Shown here: positions 8,924 to 17,933 of the stretch, in pieces
Layout: each line of letters opens with the position of its first letter
How positions within the stretch are numbered: the first letter of the stretch is position 1
NCBI GenBank assembly: GCA_963841435.1
Contig: CAWJCS010000005.1
Coordinates: forward strand, 1 to 64,000
Direction of reading: 5' to 3'
DNA from: an uncultured delta proteobacterium
Lineage (GTDB): Bacteria; Myxococcota_A; Polyangia; Polyangiales; Polyangiaceae
DNA length: 64,000 bases
Made by a program: the position numbers and the translations under genes
The notes under the pieces: model-generated
Databases searched by the model: none
What the model saw: the letters and a program-made list of their open reading frames with translations, nothing else
Told to the model about the DNA's origin: nothing

Positions 8924-9794
8924 CGCGGAGAAGCCGGGCACCGAACGCCGCTGGGCCGAGCTCATGGAGGTCGCCACGTGCGGTGAGCTGTCCGAGGCCG
9001 AGCGCATCGAGCTCGATCAGCTGTCTTTGGCCAGCGAGGAGCGCCGGGTAGAGCGACTCGTGCTCGCCGCCGTCGCGACGCGGCCGACCTCGGCTCCCAA
9101 CGTGACCAGGGAAGACGAGCGGCTGATTGACGCAGTGCTCGCAGAGCACGCCCAGCGTGGACGCCGTCGCAGAAGGTTCGTTTGGCTTTCGGCCGCAGCC
9201 CTCCTGGTTCCGCTTGCGGCGGCGGCCGCCTACTGGCCACGGAGCGTGGCTGGAAAAAAGGCCGGAGAGCGGGCGCTCGCCCCGGCGCGGGCGGCGCCAT
9301 CCGTCGCCACTTCCGGGCCAACGCGCGAGCGCGAGCCCATGGCGATGTCGAAGGGCGAAGACGCGAACGTTCAAAGTCCACCCAGCCCGGCAGCCCCTGC
9401 GGCGAGCCAACCTGCTCCAACCGCCGCCGAGTTGCTTGCCCGGGCTCAGCAGGCACGATCGGTTCGGGACTACGCTGGAGCGATCCATACCTATCGGCTC
9501 TTGCTGCGGCTCCATCCCAAGAGTGCGGTTGCGCCGCTGGCCCAGATATCGCTGGCGCAGCTACAGCTGGCTCAAGGCGACGCAAAGGCCGCGCTGGCCG
9601 GATTCGAGGCGTACGAGCGATCGGAGGGTGCGCTTTCGCAGGAGGCACACTACGGCAAGATCCGCGCCCTGCGCGCCTTGGGACGAACTGCGGACGAGCG
9701 GGCGGAGAGCCGGCGTTTCATCGAGCGCTACCCGAGTAGCGTGCAGGCCGCCGATCTGAGACGCCGCCTCGGGGAGAGCGATGCCGGCCGGTAG
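8913..9794 (+). CDS. Putative anti-sigma factor: single TM plus periplasmic TPR domain
   Basis: Overlaps the sigma gene end; RRRRRF then a TM helix, Pro/Ala linker, TPR helices ending FIERYPSS. Confidence 0.75.
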   Translation: MTTDAEKPGTERRWAELMEVATCGELSEAERIELDQLSLASEERRVERLVLAAVATRPTSAPNVTREDERLIDAVLAEHAQRGRRRRRFVWLSAAALLVPLAAAAAYWPRSVAGKKAGERALAPARAAPSVATSGPTREREPMAMSKGEDANVQSPPSPAAPAASQPAPTAAELLARAQQARSVRDYAGAIHTYRLLLRLHPKSAVAPLAQISLAQLQLAQGDAKAALAGFEAYERSEGALSQEAHYGKIRALRALGRTADERAESRRFIERYPSSVQAADLRRRLGESDAGR

Positions 9795-10671
9795 CTCGGA
9801 CCATCGCGGGAGTGTCGCCGCCACGCGGCGGGTGGCCGTCGCCGCTTCGCTCGTATTGCTCGGCGCCACGGTGGCGTGTGGCGCCACGAACGACACGATA
9901 GCGCTTCCCACCGAGCATCTCGAGACGGTGCCGGACGCGGGGACCAGTTGCCCTGGGCCACTCGCGACAAGCGAAGGCGTGGTGGCGCTCTACACCTTCG
10001 ACGGGGACGAGGGTCGCAGTCAGGTATCGGACGTCGTGGGGGGCCACAACGGCTCGGTGCAGCTCGGAGTCGTTGCCACGGTGGCCGGGCCCGAGGGCTG
10101 TGGCCGTGCGTTCAGCTTCGGCGCGAATCCCCAATACATCGTGATCGACGACAGTCCCGACTGGGATATGGACGTAGGTTCGATCGATCTGTGGCTCTGG
10201 CTTCCCGCGACGTTGCAAGACCACGTCGGCGTGCTGGCGCGCGATCTGTCCGGCCGTGACCAGCCGGGTCACTTCTCACTGTTCGTCAACGACCAAGGTC
10301 GCGCCATCGTCCGCGTGCAGCCCCAGTCGGCAGACTTCGACAACAGCACCGACGCCGTCGCTTGCAGCACGGCGCTACTCCCGCGACAAGCCTGGGTTCA
10401 CCTGGGCGTGAACTTCGGGCCGCCCGCGGTCGAGCTCTACGTGGATGGCGTCGTCGGACGATGGAACGGCGCGAATTCGATCACGAGCGACTGGGGGTGT
10501 GGCCAACCGGGCGCGTGGGGAATCGCCGGCAATGACCTACCGTGGGCCGTGGGTCGCGCCACGTTCGAGAGCACCGGCATTCTCGAGTACCTCGAGTTCC
10601 CTGCCTTTGGCTGTGCCATCGACCACCTGCGCATCAGCAACCGCCGCCGCGACTTCACGGCCACCCCTTGA
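9781..10671 (+). CDS. LamG/concanavalin-like domain lipoprotein
   Basis: Lipobox TVAC; VALYTFD, SIDLWL, WVHLGV, LYVDG, IDHLRIS strands. Confidence 0.8.
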   Translation: MPAGSSDHRGSVAATRRVAVAASLVLLGATVACGATNDTIALPTEHLETVPDAGTSCPGPLATSEGVVALYTFDGDEGRSQVSDVVGGHNGSVQLGVVATVAGPEGCGRAFSFGANPQYIVIDDSPDWDMDVGSIDLWLWLPATLQDHVGVLARDLSGRDQPGHFSLFVNDQGRAIVRVQPQSADFDNSTDAVACSTALLPRQAWVHLGVNFGPPAVELYVDGVVGRWNGANSITSDWGCGQPGAWGIAGNDLPWAVGRATFESTGILEYLEFPAFGCAIDHLRISNRRRDFTATP

Positions 10672-10797
10672 GCCTGCGCCAAGCGCGCTCGCGGGTGACC
10701 CGTTCGCTCAGAACTGCGAGAAGAAGCCCCAGATGGCGGACCCCGAGAAATTTCCATCAGGTGATCGAGTCGCAAGCCCCGTGCAATGACACATCGA

Positions 10798-10831
10798 CAA
10801 CGCCCTCCCGCGACTCGCGTGGAGGGCGTTG
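10798..10831. terminator. Strong hairpin between convergent genes
   Basis: CAACGCCCTCC...GGAGGGCGTTG 11-bp perfect outer stem plus an inner CGCGA/TCGCG stem; no U-tract. Confidence 0.5.
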
Positions 10832-10848
10832 CCAGGACAGCGGTGGTC

Positions 10849-10940
10849 TCAGGCCGCGGCGGCGCCGGGGATGGCGCCCAGCTGTTGCATGAGCGCCAGG
10901 GCGTCGAAGCTGCCGTAGTTCGAGGCTTCGCTGGCGATAC
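10849..10940 (-). pseudogene. C-terminal fragment resembling an ester cyclase (SnoaL-like) protein
   Basis: ...NYGSFDALALMQQLGAIPG* ending; no upstream body. Confidence 0.45.
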
Positions 10941-11064
10941 GGAGGGGAGCACGGCGTCGGGCAGCGTGGGATGGATAGGGCCGTAGGTGCTTTCCCGCTC
11001 GGTGCGAACGACGCGCGCCGGGCGCACGCGAGGCCGCGTCCGGCTCAGGGTGTGAGTTAGGCAT

Positions 11065-11232
11065 CGAGGCCAGGGCTGCCGCCTTGGCTAACAGGGTGGG
11101 GTAGAGTTCCTCTCCGTCGAAAGTTGCCGTCGGTTGCGCGAGTGCCGCCTGCACCCGCCCCAGGTCCCTGACACCCGCGGCTCCGCCATATGAATGGAGG
11201 AGGTCCGCGTGGAGCGAGAGGACCTCGGCCAG
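11065..11232 (-). pseudogene. doc: Doc/Fic-family toxin remnant
   Basis: LAEVLSLHADLL..YGGAAGVRDLG.VQAALAQP.ATFDGEELYPTLLAKAAAL matches the Doc N-terminus; the overlapping GTG is out of frame and the HPFxDGNKR motif is absent. Confidence 0.8.
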
Positions 11233-11233
11233 C

Positions 11234-11428
11234 TCACGCCAGCCGTCGGTAAAGTTCCGCGTTTTTCGACAGGACGCGAGCCGCGGCTTGCTCGAAATCG
11301 GCCGCAGGCTTGGCGACCAGATCAGCGACCGCCGCCGCCGCCAGCTGTTCGGGCGAGATACCCAAGGCCTTGGCACGCATCCGGAGCGACTCGAGCTGGG
11401 CCTCAGTCAGTTCGACCGGCAGAACCAT
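11234..11428 (-). CDS. Small antitoxin/DNA-binding protein upstream of doc
   Basis: 64 aa, ending FEQAAARVLSKNAELYRRLA as in Doc-associated antitoxins; TAAGCT 6 nt upstream of the ATG. Confidence 0.8.
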   Translation of the reverse strand: MVLPVELTEAQLESLRMRAKALGISPEQLAAAAVADLVAKPAADFEQAAARVLSKNAELYRRLA

Positions 11429-11686
11429 GGCCGGAGCTTACCCGAATGCGTGCGACGGAGCCACCGCAGCGGAGCGAGCCGCCGTCGCGCAGGCTTCCGC
11501 CTTGTTGGCCAGCCCTCACGCAGTGCGCTTGAGGTCGCGGACCGCGATGAGATCAGCATCGCCGACTGCACGAACATCGGTCGAAAGAAGAGTCACGAGC
11601 GCCTGGGTCCTCCCGGAAGCAAGCACGAACTCCGTACTCGGCCGCTCGCGGTCCGAGCACTCGAGCCGTGACGGCCGGGGCACGCC

Positions 11687-11860
11687 TCACAAGTCGCCGC
11701 CCACGTAACTGACATTGCGGAGCGCACCGATGCTGGTGAGCGTCGTCGTTTCGCGCACCCGGAGGGCGCCTCCAATGGCGGTCAGGCTCTCGAGGCCGTC
11801 CAGGCTCTCGAGAGGACCGCTCCCCTGGAGGAAGAACGAACTGGGGAAAATTGTGGCGGT
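11687..11860 (-). pseudogene. Receptor-L/leucine-rich repeat protein fragment
   Basis: Hand translation gives GPLESLDGLESLTAIGGALRVRETTTLTSIGALRNVSYVGGDL*; no start codon. Confidence 0.6.
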
Positions 11861-12017
11861 GGGAAGGCGAGGACCTGCGCCAGCGCCCCCGAACCCGAGT
11901 CACGGAGGGGGTGAGAGAGGGACAGGGGAAGGCGAGCGGTTGGCCTCGGGCCCCCAAGCTCTTGCGGCGCGACCAGCGCGCACACGTTCGCGGCGGGCGT
12001 GCCCGGCCGCGGCTCGG

Positions 12018-12265
12018 TCAGCTCCTGAACGGCAGCGCGAGCTGCCCGAGCGGCTTGCGGCGGGGAGGTGGAGGCGGTCGAGGAGCGAGCCCGAGCCGAA
12101 CGAGCAGAATCGCGAGCGGCGTCCCCGTTGCCAGCGGCCTCGACCCAGCGCATAGGCCCCGCGCAGTCGGCGGCGAAGACGTGCCGCAGCAGCCACGCCC
12201 ATCTCTTTCTTGTCGGAGGCTTGGCGTCGCCGTGCGGGTCGAGTGCGAGCTCGAGCTGATCGCCC
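12018..12265 (-). pseudogene. Second IS91-type transposase C-terminal remnant
   Basis: GDQLELALD...RKRWAWLLRHVFAAD..GPMRWVEAA...RLGLAPRPPP..PLGQL parallels 1817-2080, with an internal deletion and a frameshift. Confidence 0.75.
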
Positions 12266-12405
12266 CGTCGGCGGAACGGTCTCGACAGATCGTGAGGGTC
12301 GGACCGACCGGCGCGAGCCGGGCATGGGGAGATGGGACGCAAGCCAGCTGGACGGACGCACTGGAAGCTGGCAACCTTCGAGAAGGTGGAAGGTCGGAGG
12401 TACCA

Positions 12406-13545
12406 ATGCGCATAGGGACCTCATTCGGATCGTTGGTGCTGGCGGCGTCAACCGCGCTAGCGTGTGGCGCTAGGTCCATCGAGGACGCGCCCCATCTGAG
12501 CGCTGGAGCTCCGGGCTCGAGCGGTGGCATGACGTCGTCCGGTGGGACCACGTCCTCGGGCGGCTCGGTCGATTCGGGTGGCTCCAATTCGGGTGGCTCC
12601 AATTCGGGCGGCTCCGATTCGGGCGGTTCGAGTCCAGACGCGGGCGCTGGCTTCGCGTCAGGCATGGGAGGCGTTTCCTCAGGGGCGAGCGGCGGCGCAC
12701 CGACGGCAGGCAGTGCACCGGAAGTGCCGATGGGCGGATCGAGCGGAGCCTCGGGCGGAGAGACGTCGATGGGCGGCGTGGCGGGAGCTTCCGGAGGCGA
12801 TGGCGGCGTTGCAGCGGGCGGAGCGGGCGCAGGGGCAGGCGGCGGGCCGGACCCGTACGCTCCCCGAACGGGGGGCTTCAAGATGCTCGTTTACCCGCTC
12901 ACCAAGCTCTACCGGCACAGTTCGATCGAGGAGGGCGAGAAGATGTTGCAGGACATCGCAACCGCCCAGGGATTCGAGGTCACGATCGCGCAGGATAACT
13001 CCGAGATCACGGAGGCGGGGCTCGCCGAGTACGAGATCGTGTTCTTCATGAACACCTCGGGCGACGTTTTCAATGCCGACCAGGAGAGAGCGTTCGAAGC
13101 CTGGATGAGGAAACAAGGCGCCTTCGCCGGCTGCCACGCCGCGGCGGATACCGAGCCCGGCTGGGCCTTCTATGCGGAGCTCACGGGACAGTACAACGAC
13201 CCTCACGACTTTTGCTGCATCGAGGCGGACATTCAATGGGAGCCGGGCGTCGAGACCCTCCCCATGGTGAGGGGACTTCCGAGTCCGTGGACGCGCGCTG
13301 AGGAGTGGTTCGGGTTCAATAGCTATCGGACCTGGTCCACCAAGCCGGGCTTCAAGATCCTCAGCACGGTGACGACCACGAGCGGCGGCACGCGCCCGGT
13401 GAGTTATCTCCGCGAATGGGAAAACTTCCGATCGTTTTACACGTCCCTGGGGCACGAGAGCTCGACGTTCGGAGACGAATACGTCCGAAAGCACATTGCG
13501 GCCGGCATCATGTGGGCCGTAAGGCGCGAAGCCTTGCTCCGGTAG
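12406..13545 (+). CDS. ThuA-like domain lipoprotein with Gly/Ser tether
   Basis: GGAGG RBS; lipobox ALAC; YRHSSI, FMNTSGDVF, GCHAAADT, EEWF, SFYTSLGH, HIAAGIMWA. Confidence 0.88.
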   Translation: MRIGTSFGSLVLAASTALACGARSIEDAPHLSAGAPGSSGGMTSSGGTTSSGGSVDSGGSNSGGSNSGGSDSGGSSPDAGAGFASGMGGVSSGASGGAPTAGSAPEVPMGGSSGASGGETSMGGVAGASGGDGGVAAGGAGAGAGGGPDPYAPRTGGFKMLVYPLTKLYRHSSIEEGEKMLQDIATAQGFEVTIAQDNSEITEAGLAEYEIVFFMNTSGDVFNADQERAFEAWMRKQGAFAGCHAAADTEPGWAFYAELTGQYNDPHDFCCIEADIQWEPGVETLPMVRGLPSPWTRAEEWFGFNSYRTWSTKPGFKILSTVTTTSGGTRPVSYLREWENFRSFYTSLGHESSTFGDEYVRKHIAAGIMWAVRREALLR

Positions 13546-13727
13546 CCCGTCTCCTGCCGTGCTCTTTCCCGGCAAGTCTCGGAGTGCCGATTCCGCGGGT
13601 CGTAGTCTCGTAGCACGCGGCGAGGCCGGGCTCGTCGGAGAAGAGCTCGGGGTCGTCAGGAACAGCGCCTTGCCGACGCGATAGATGGACCCCGGGGAGA
13701 GCGCCGATGGTCGATCGGGCAAGGGCC

Positions 13728-13967
13728 CTATCGTCGCCTGGTGGATGCGCGCGGCCCGGTCGAGGGCGCGAAGGCTTCTTCTGCCAGCCGTCGAACGCAC
13801 CCCATGATCTGCGCACAACCGGGATGTGCAGGGGGATGGGGACAGGTCTCCACCTCTCCGGATGCTCCCGATCGGCCACCGGCCGAAGCCGCGGACTCGT
13901 CTTCCGACCCACACCCATATGGGCTTACTACCAGCAGGAATGTACCAGCTAGTACGACAAATTTCAT
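13728..13967 (-). CDS. Small putative lipoprotein, possibly degenerate
   Basis: GGAGG RBS; MKFVVLAGTFLLVV...YGC signal; the C-terminus looks frameshifted. Confidence 0.4.
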   Translation of the reverse strand: MKFVVLAGTFLLVVSPYGCGSEDESAASAGGRSGASGEVETCPHPPAHPGCAQIMGCVRRLAEEAFAPSTGPRASTRRR

Positions 13968-14220
13968 CTTGGCACCTCCTCCGCGGCTCAGAGTCTACTC
14001 GACGAGGATTTCGTCGAGCCCGCTCTCGTCGCGGTCGGAATCCTCGTAGAAGTAGGCGTAATAAACGAGCATCGAATACGTTCCGCAACCCGCGTCGTCG
14101 GCTGTGACGCTCGCACCGTGAAAGACGACCAGCCGGACCAACAGGTCATCGGGCTCGAGCAGGATCGCGCACGTGGCCGCCACGCGAACCCCCGCTCCGC
14201 CGCGTGACCCCGGCGTCGCC

Positions 14221-16008
14221 TCACTCCCCCGGTGCGGAGTCCATTGCGGCCCGCTCCGGCACGCGGATCTGCACGAGCTTCTCGTCTTGGATGCGGCGCG
14301 CGGTGTCGGCTTCGACGACGTCGCTGTGGCACGCGGCGCGCTCGCCCGTGGAGGCGCCCACGGCGCGCTTCGTTTTGCCGGCCAGGCGGTGGAGCTCGTC
14401 GGGGGAGAGCACGCCGCGTTGCTCGAGGATGCGCTTTTGCTCGGCGCTGAGCGCGGGCGTTTGGTGGGCGGCATCGGGCTCGAAGCCTTCGGCCTTGCCG
14501 CTCGCGAATGCCTGGATTTCGCGCGAGATGCGCACGGCGCACCAGTCGTGGCCGCACATGGCGCAAAAGTCGGTGTCGACGTCGAGGTCTTCGTCGTGGA
14601 AGGCGCGCGCAGTGTCGCCGTCGAAGGCGAGCTCGAAGTGCTTTTCCCAATTGAGCGCGGCGCGCGCCTTCGTGAGGGCGTCGTCCCAGTCGCGCGTCGC
14701 GGGGATGCCGAGCGCCACGTCGGCGGCGTGCGCCGCGATCCGGTACGCGATGCAGCCCTGCTTCACGTCGTCCTTCTTCGGCAGGCCGACGTGCTCCTTC
14801 GGCGTCACGTAGCAGAGCATGCTGGCGCCGTGATAGGCGGCCGCCGTCGCGCCGATGGAGCTCGTGATGTGGTCGTAGCCGGGGAACACGTCGGTCACGA
14901 GCGGACCGAGCACGTAGAAGGGCGCGCCGTGGCAGACGCGGCGCTGGTACTTCATGTTGTATTCGATCTGATCGAACGGGACGTGCCCCGGACCCTCGAC
15001 CATCACTTGACAGCCGTGCTGCCAAGCGCGCTCGGTGAGCTCGCCGAGCGTCTCGAGCTCGCGGAGCTGCGCCTCGTCCGTCGCGTCGGCAAGGCCGCCC
15101 GGACGCAGGCCGTCGCCGAGCGAGAACGACACGTCGTACTCGCGCATGATGGCGCAGATCTCGTCGAAGTGCGTGTAGAAGGGATTTTGCTTTTTGTGGT
15201 GGAGCATCCACTTCGCAATCAATGAGCCTCCGCGGCTCACGATGCCGATCAGGCGCCGTTCGACGAACTTCAGGTGCTCGCGCAAGACGCCGGCGTGGAT
15301 CGTGAAGTAGTCCACGCCTTGCTTGGCCTGGTGCAAGATGGCATCGAGGATGGCGCGCTCGTCGAGGTCTTCGAGACTGCGGCCGATGATCATCGAGTAG
15401 ACGGGCACGGTGCCGATCGGCACGCGCGAGTTTTTCACGATCGCTTCGCGGCAGGCGTCGAGATCACCGCCAGTCGAGAGGTCCATCACGGTGTCGGCGC
15501 CCCAGCGCTCGGCGAACCTGAGCTTCTCGACCTCTTCGTCGGTGCTCGACGACACGGGTGAGGCGCCCATGTTGGCGTTCACCTTGGTGCAACTCGCACG
15601 GCCGATGACCATGGGATCGAGCGCGTAGCCGAGGTGCACCTTGTTCGCGGGCAGGATCATGCGGCCGGCGGCGACCTCGGTCAGCACCTGGTGGGCCGTG
15701 AGGTGCCGCTCGCGCTCGGCGACGCGCCGCATCTCGGGTGTCACGGTCCCGAGGCGCGCGTGCTCGAGCTGCGTTACGGCAACGAAGCCTTCGGGGGGGA
15801 CGCCGCGCGTGCCCTCGCGTCGCCAGCCCGGCGGGAGAAAGTCCCACGCGGTGCGGGTGCTCGGCGCGGGCATGCCGGGAGCGTCGGGTGACGAGAACGT
15901 CAGTGGCCCGCCGATGTCGGGGGGATTGGCAAACGAACCGGGGTTGGTCCCCGAGGCATCGGTCGAGGGGTTCTTCGCGCCGCGCCAGGGCAGGATGCGT
16001 TGGGACAT
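14221..16008 (-). CDS. thiC: Phosphomethylpyrimidine synthase ThiC
   Basis: [64 protein letters not shown] cluster motif; start placed at MSQRILP. Confidence 0.97.
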   Translation of the reverse strand: MSQRILPWRGAKNPSTDASGTNPGSFANPPDIGGPLTFSSPDAPGMPAPSTRTAWDFLPPGWRREGTRGVPPEGFVAVTQLEHARLGTVTPEMRRVAERERHLTAHQVLTEVAAGRMILPANKVHLGYALDPMVIGRASCTKVNANMGASPVSSSTDEEVEKLRFAERWGADTVMDLSTGGDLDACREAIVKNSRVPIGTVPVYSMIIGRSLEDLDERAILDAILHQAKQGVDYFTIHAGVLREHLKFVERRLIGIVSRGGSLIAKWMLHHKKQNPFYTHFDEICAIMREYDVSFSLGDGLRPGGLADATDEAQLRELETLGELTERAWQHGCQVMVEGPGHVPFDQIEYNMKYQRRVCHGAPFYVLGPLVTDVFPGYDHITSSIGATAAAYHGASMLCYVTPKEHVGLPKKDDVKQGCIAYRIAAHAADVALGIPATRDWDDALTKARAALNWEKHFELAFDGDTARAFHDEDLDVDTDFCAMCGHDWCAVRISREIQAFASGKAEGFEPDAAHQTPALSAEQKRILEQRGVLSPDELHRLAGKTKRAVGASTGERAACHSDVVEADTARRIQDEKLVQIRVPERAAMDSAPGE

Positions 16009-16181
16009 CGGTCCGCCCGTGGTAGCGCACCGGGGCCTCGCCGCGCCAGCGCGACCCGTACGGGCGACCCCCAAGGTCCCGGTTTGTGCCGCTCTGTGCC
16101 GTGCGGCGCGTGCCTGCCCCCTGGGGAAAAGCGCTGATTCCTGCGCGGCCAAACGGGTACGCCCCTTGCCTGTGGAGAGGC

Positions 16182-17933
16182 ATGCCGTTTCGTTTCGAGG
16201 CCCGTGACCACGCCACCGAACGCCTGCGCTGGATGCTGATTGCCGCCATCGGCGGCGCCGCCGTGAGCACCGCGGCTTGCGCAGGAAAATCAGAGGGCAT
16301 CGCCTCGGGCGGCTCGAGCGCCGTCGGGGGGAGCGGCGCGACGGGCGGTACGAGCGCGACGGGCGGCACGAGCGCGACGGGCGGTACGAGCGCGACGGGC
16401 GGCACGAACGCGACGGGCGGCACGAACGCGACGGGCGGCACGGGCGGCAGCGGCGGCACGGGCGCGAGCGGCGGCTCGGGGGGCAGCGGCGGCTCGGGCG
16501 CGAGCGGCGGGACGGCGGGCAGCAGCGGCGGGCTCGGCGGGTCGGGTGGCACCGGCGCGGGCGGCAGTGCCGGGAAGACCGGCGAGGGATGCGCCGCGGC
16601 CGCAGGCTACTCGCCCACGCTCGAGTCGTGCGCAGGCGGCTTCGTGCATCGGCCCGAGCCGGGCCTCTGTCCGCGTCCGCCGCGCAACGGAGAGGCGGGC
16701 GGCGGGGGTGCCCCTTCCGCCGGCTGCGCCACCGACGCCGATTGCATCGCAAAGGACGGTGGCTACTGCATGACCGAACAGGGGGCGGGGCTTTTGGAGC
16801 CGTACGTTTACTGCCTCTACTCGTGCGAGACCGACGCCGATTGCGGCGCCAGCGAGGTCTGCTCCTGCGAGGGGACGTTCCAGAGCAACGAGAGCGGCGA
16901 GCTGGTCACCGTCGGGATTTGTCGCCCCGCGACTTGCCGAAGCGACGCGGACTGTGGCGGCCTTTTGTGCATCTCGCCCGTGGACACGTTCTGCGGCGTC
17001 GCGCGCCCGAGCGAGTATCACTGTCAATCCATCCCGGACCAGTGCGCCGGGCCGGCCGACTGCGCGCTGTCCGAGTACTGCGACTACCGCGACGGGGTTC
17101 ACCAGTGCACGGGGCGGCCAACCTGTGGGCGACCCTTCATCATCGACGGCGACGAGCGGCGCGCACCCCTCGCGTTCGCCGACCGCTGGGCGAAGCGGGA
17201 GCTCGCGCGAGCGAGCGAGCCGCCGGCGCTCGACGAGGCCGAGCGCATGGCGGTGGCGTGCCACTTCGCGGAAGCGGGGCTCATGGAGCACGCGTCGATC
17301 GCCGCGTTCGCGCGCTTCGCGTTGCAGCTCGTCGCGCTCGGCGCGCCCGCCGACCTCCTTGCCGAGACGGCGCGCGCCATGGCGGACGAGACGCGCCACG
17401 CCGAGCTCTGCTTCGCGCTCGCGGAACGCTACGGCGGTCGGCCCGTGGGGCCGGGCCCGCTCGACACGCGCGGCGCACTCGACAACTTCACGCTGAGGGA
17501 CGTCGTCGCGCTCGTCGTGCACGAGGGCTGCATCGGCGAATCGAGTGCGGCGCTCGAGGCTTCGTGGGCGGCAGAAGCGGCGACGGACCCCGCGGTACGA
17601 GCCGCGCTCGAAGGCATCGCCGAGGACGAGGCACGGCACGCGGCGCTCGCGTTCCGCTTCGTCGCCTGGGCGGTGGAGCGCGACGAAGGCGTGCTTTCGC
17701 GGGTGGAGCAGGAGTTCGCGCGGGCGCGGCACCGGCACGAAGGCTTGGCACCCGACAGCGCGGGGCCCGCATCGCCGGCGCTCGCACGACACGGCGTGCT
17801 CGATCTCGCGACGCGCCGCCGGGCACAGCGGACGGCGCTCGAAGAGGTCGTTCCCGCGGCACTCGACGAGCTTCGCGCGAGGCGCTCAGTCCGCGTGAAG
17901 GCCGAGGTCGCCGAGGCAAGCGCGAGCGGCTAG
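16182..17933 (+). CDS. Lipoprotein with Gly tether, Cys-rich region and C-terminal ferritin-like diiron domain
   Basis: Lipobox [28 protein letters not shown] ligand pattern. Confidence 0.85.
   Translation: MPFRFEARDHATERLRWMLIAAIGGAAVSTAACAGKSEGIASGGSSAVGGSGATGGTSATGGTSATGGTSATGGTNATGGTNATGGTGGSGGTGASGGSGGSGGSGASGGTAGSSGGLGGSGGTGAGGSAGKTGEGCAAAAGYSPTLESCAGGFVHRPEPGLCPRPPRNGEAGGGGAPSAGCATDADCIAKDGGYCMTEQGAGLLEPYVYCLYSCETDADCGASEVCSCEGTFQSNESGELVTVGICRPATCRSDADCGGLLCISPVDTFCGVARPSEYHCQSIPDQCAGPADCALSEYCDYRDGVHQCTGRPTCGRPFIIDGDERRAPLAFADRWAKRELARASEPPALDEAERMAVACHFAEAGLMEHASIAAFARFALQLVALGAPADLLAETARAMADETRHAELCFALAERYGGRPVGPGPLDTRGALDNFTLRDVVALVVHEGCIGESSAALEASWAAEAATDPAVRAALEGIAEDEARHAALAFRFVAWAVERDEGVLSRVEQEFARARHRHEGLAPDSAGPASPALARHGVLDLATRRRAQRTALEEVVPAALDELRARRSVRVKAEVAEASASG
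16338..16445 (+). repeat. 18-bp coding tandem repeat (ATGGT[S/N])
   Basis: GCGACGGGCGG(T/C)ACGA(G/A)C repeated 5-6 times. Confidence 0.85.

Noticed and set aside
11430-11520. GGCCAAC plus hairpin upstream of the antitoxin as a full attC site
   Set aside because: No GTTRRRY core at the far end; the 3' part reads as a -10 box.
16009-16181. TPP riboswitch upstream of thiC
   Set aside because: Conserved core sequences were not found by eye.
16338-16445. Short tandem repeats as a CRISPR array
   Set aside because: No unique spacers, in-frame Gly/Thr linker coding, no cas genes.
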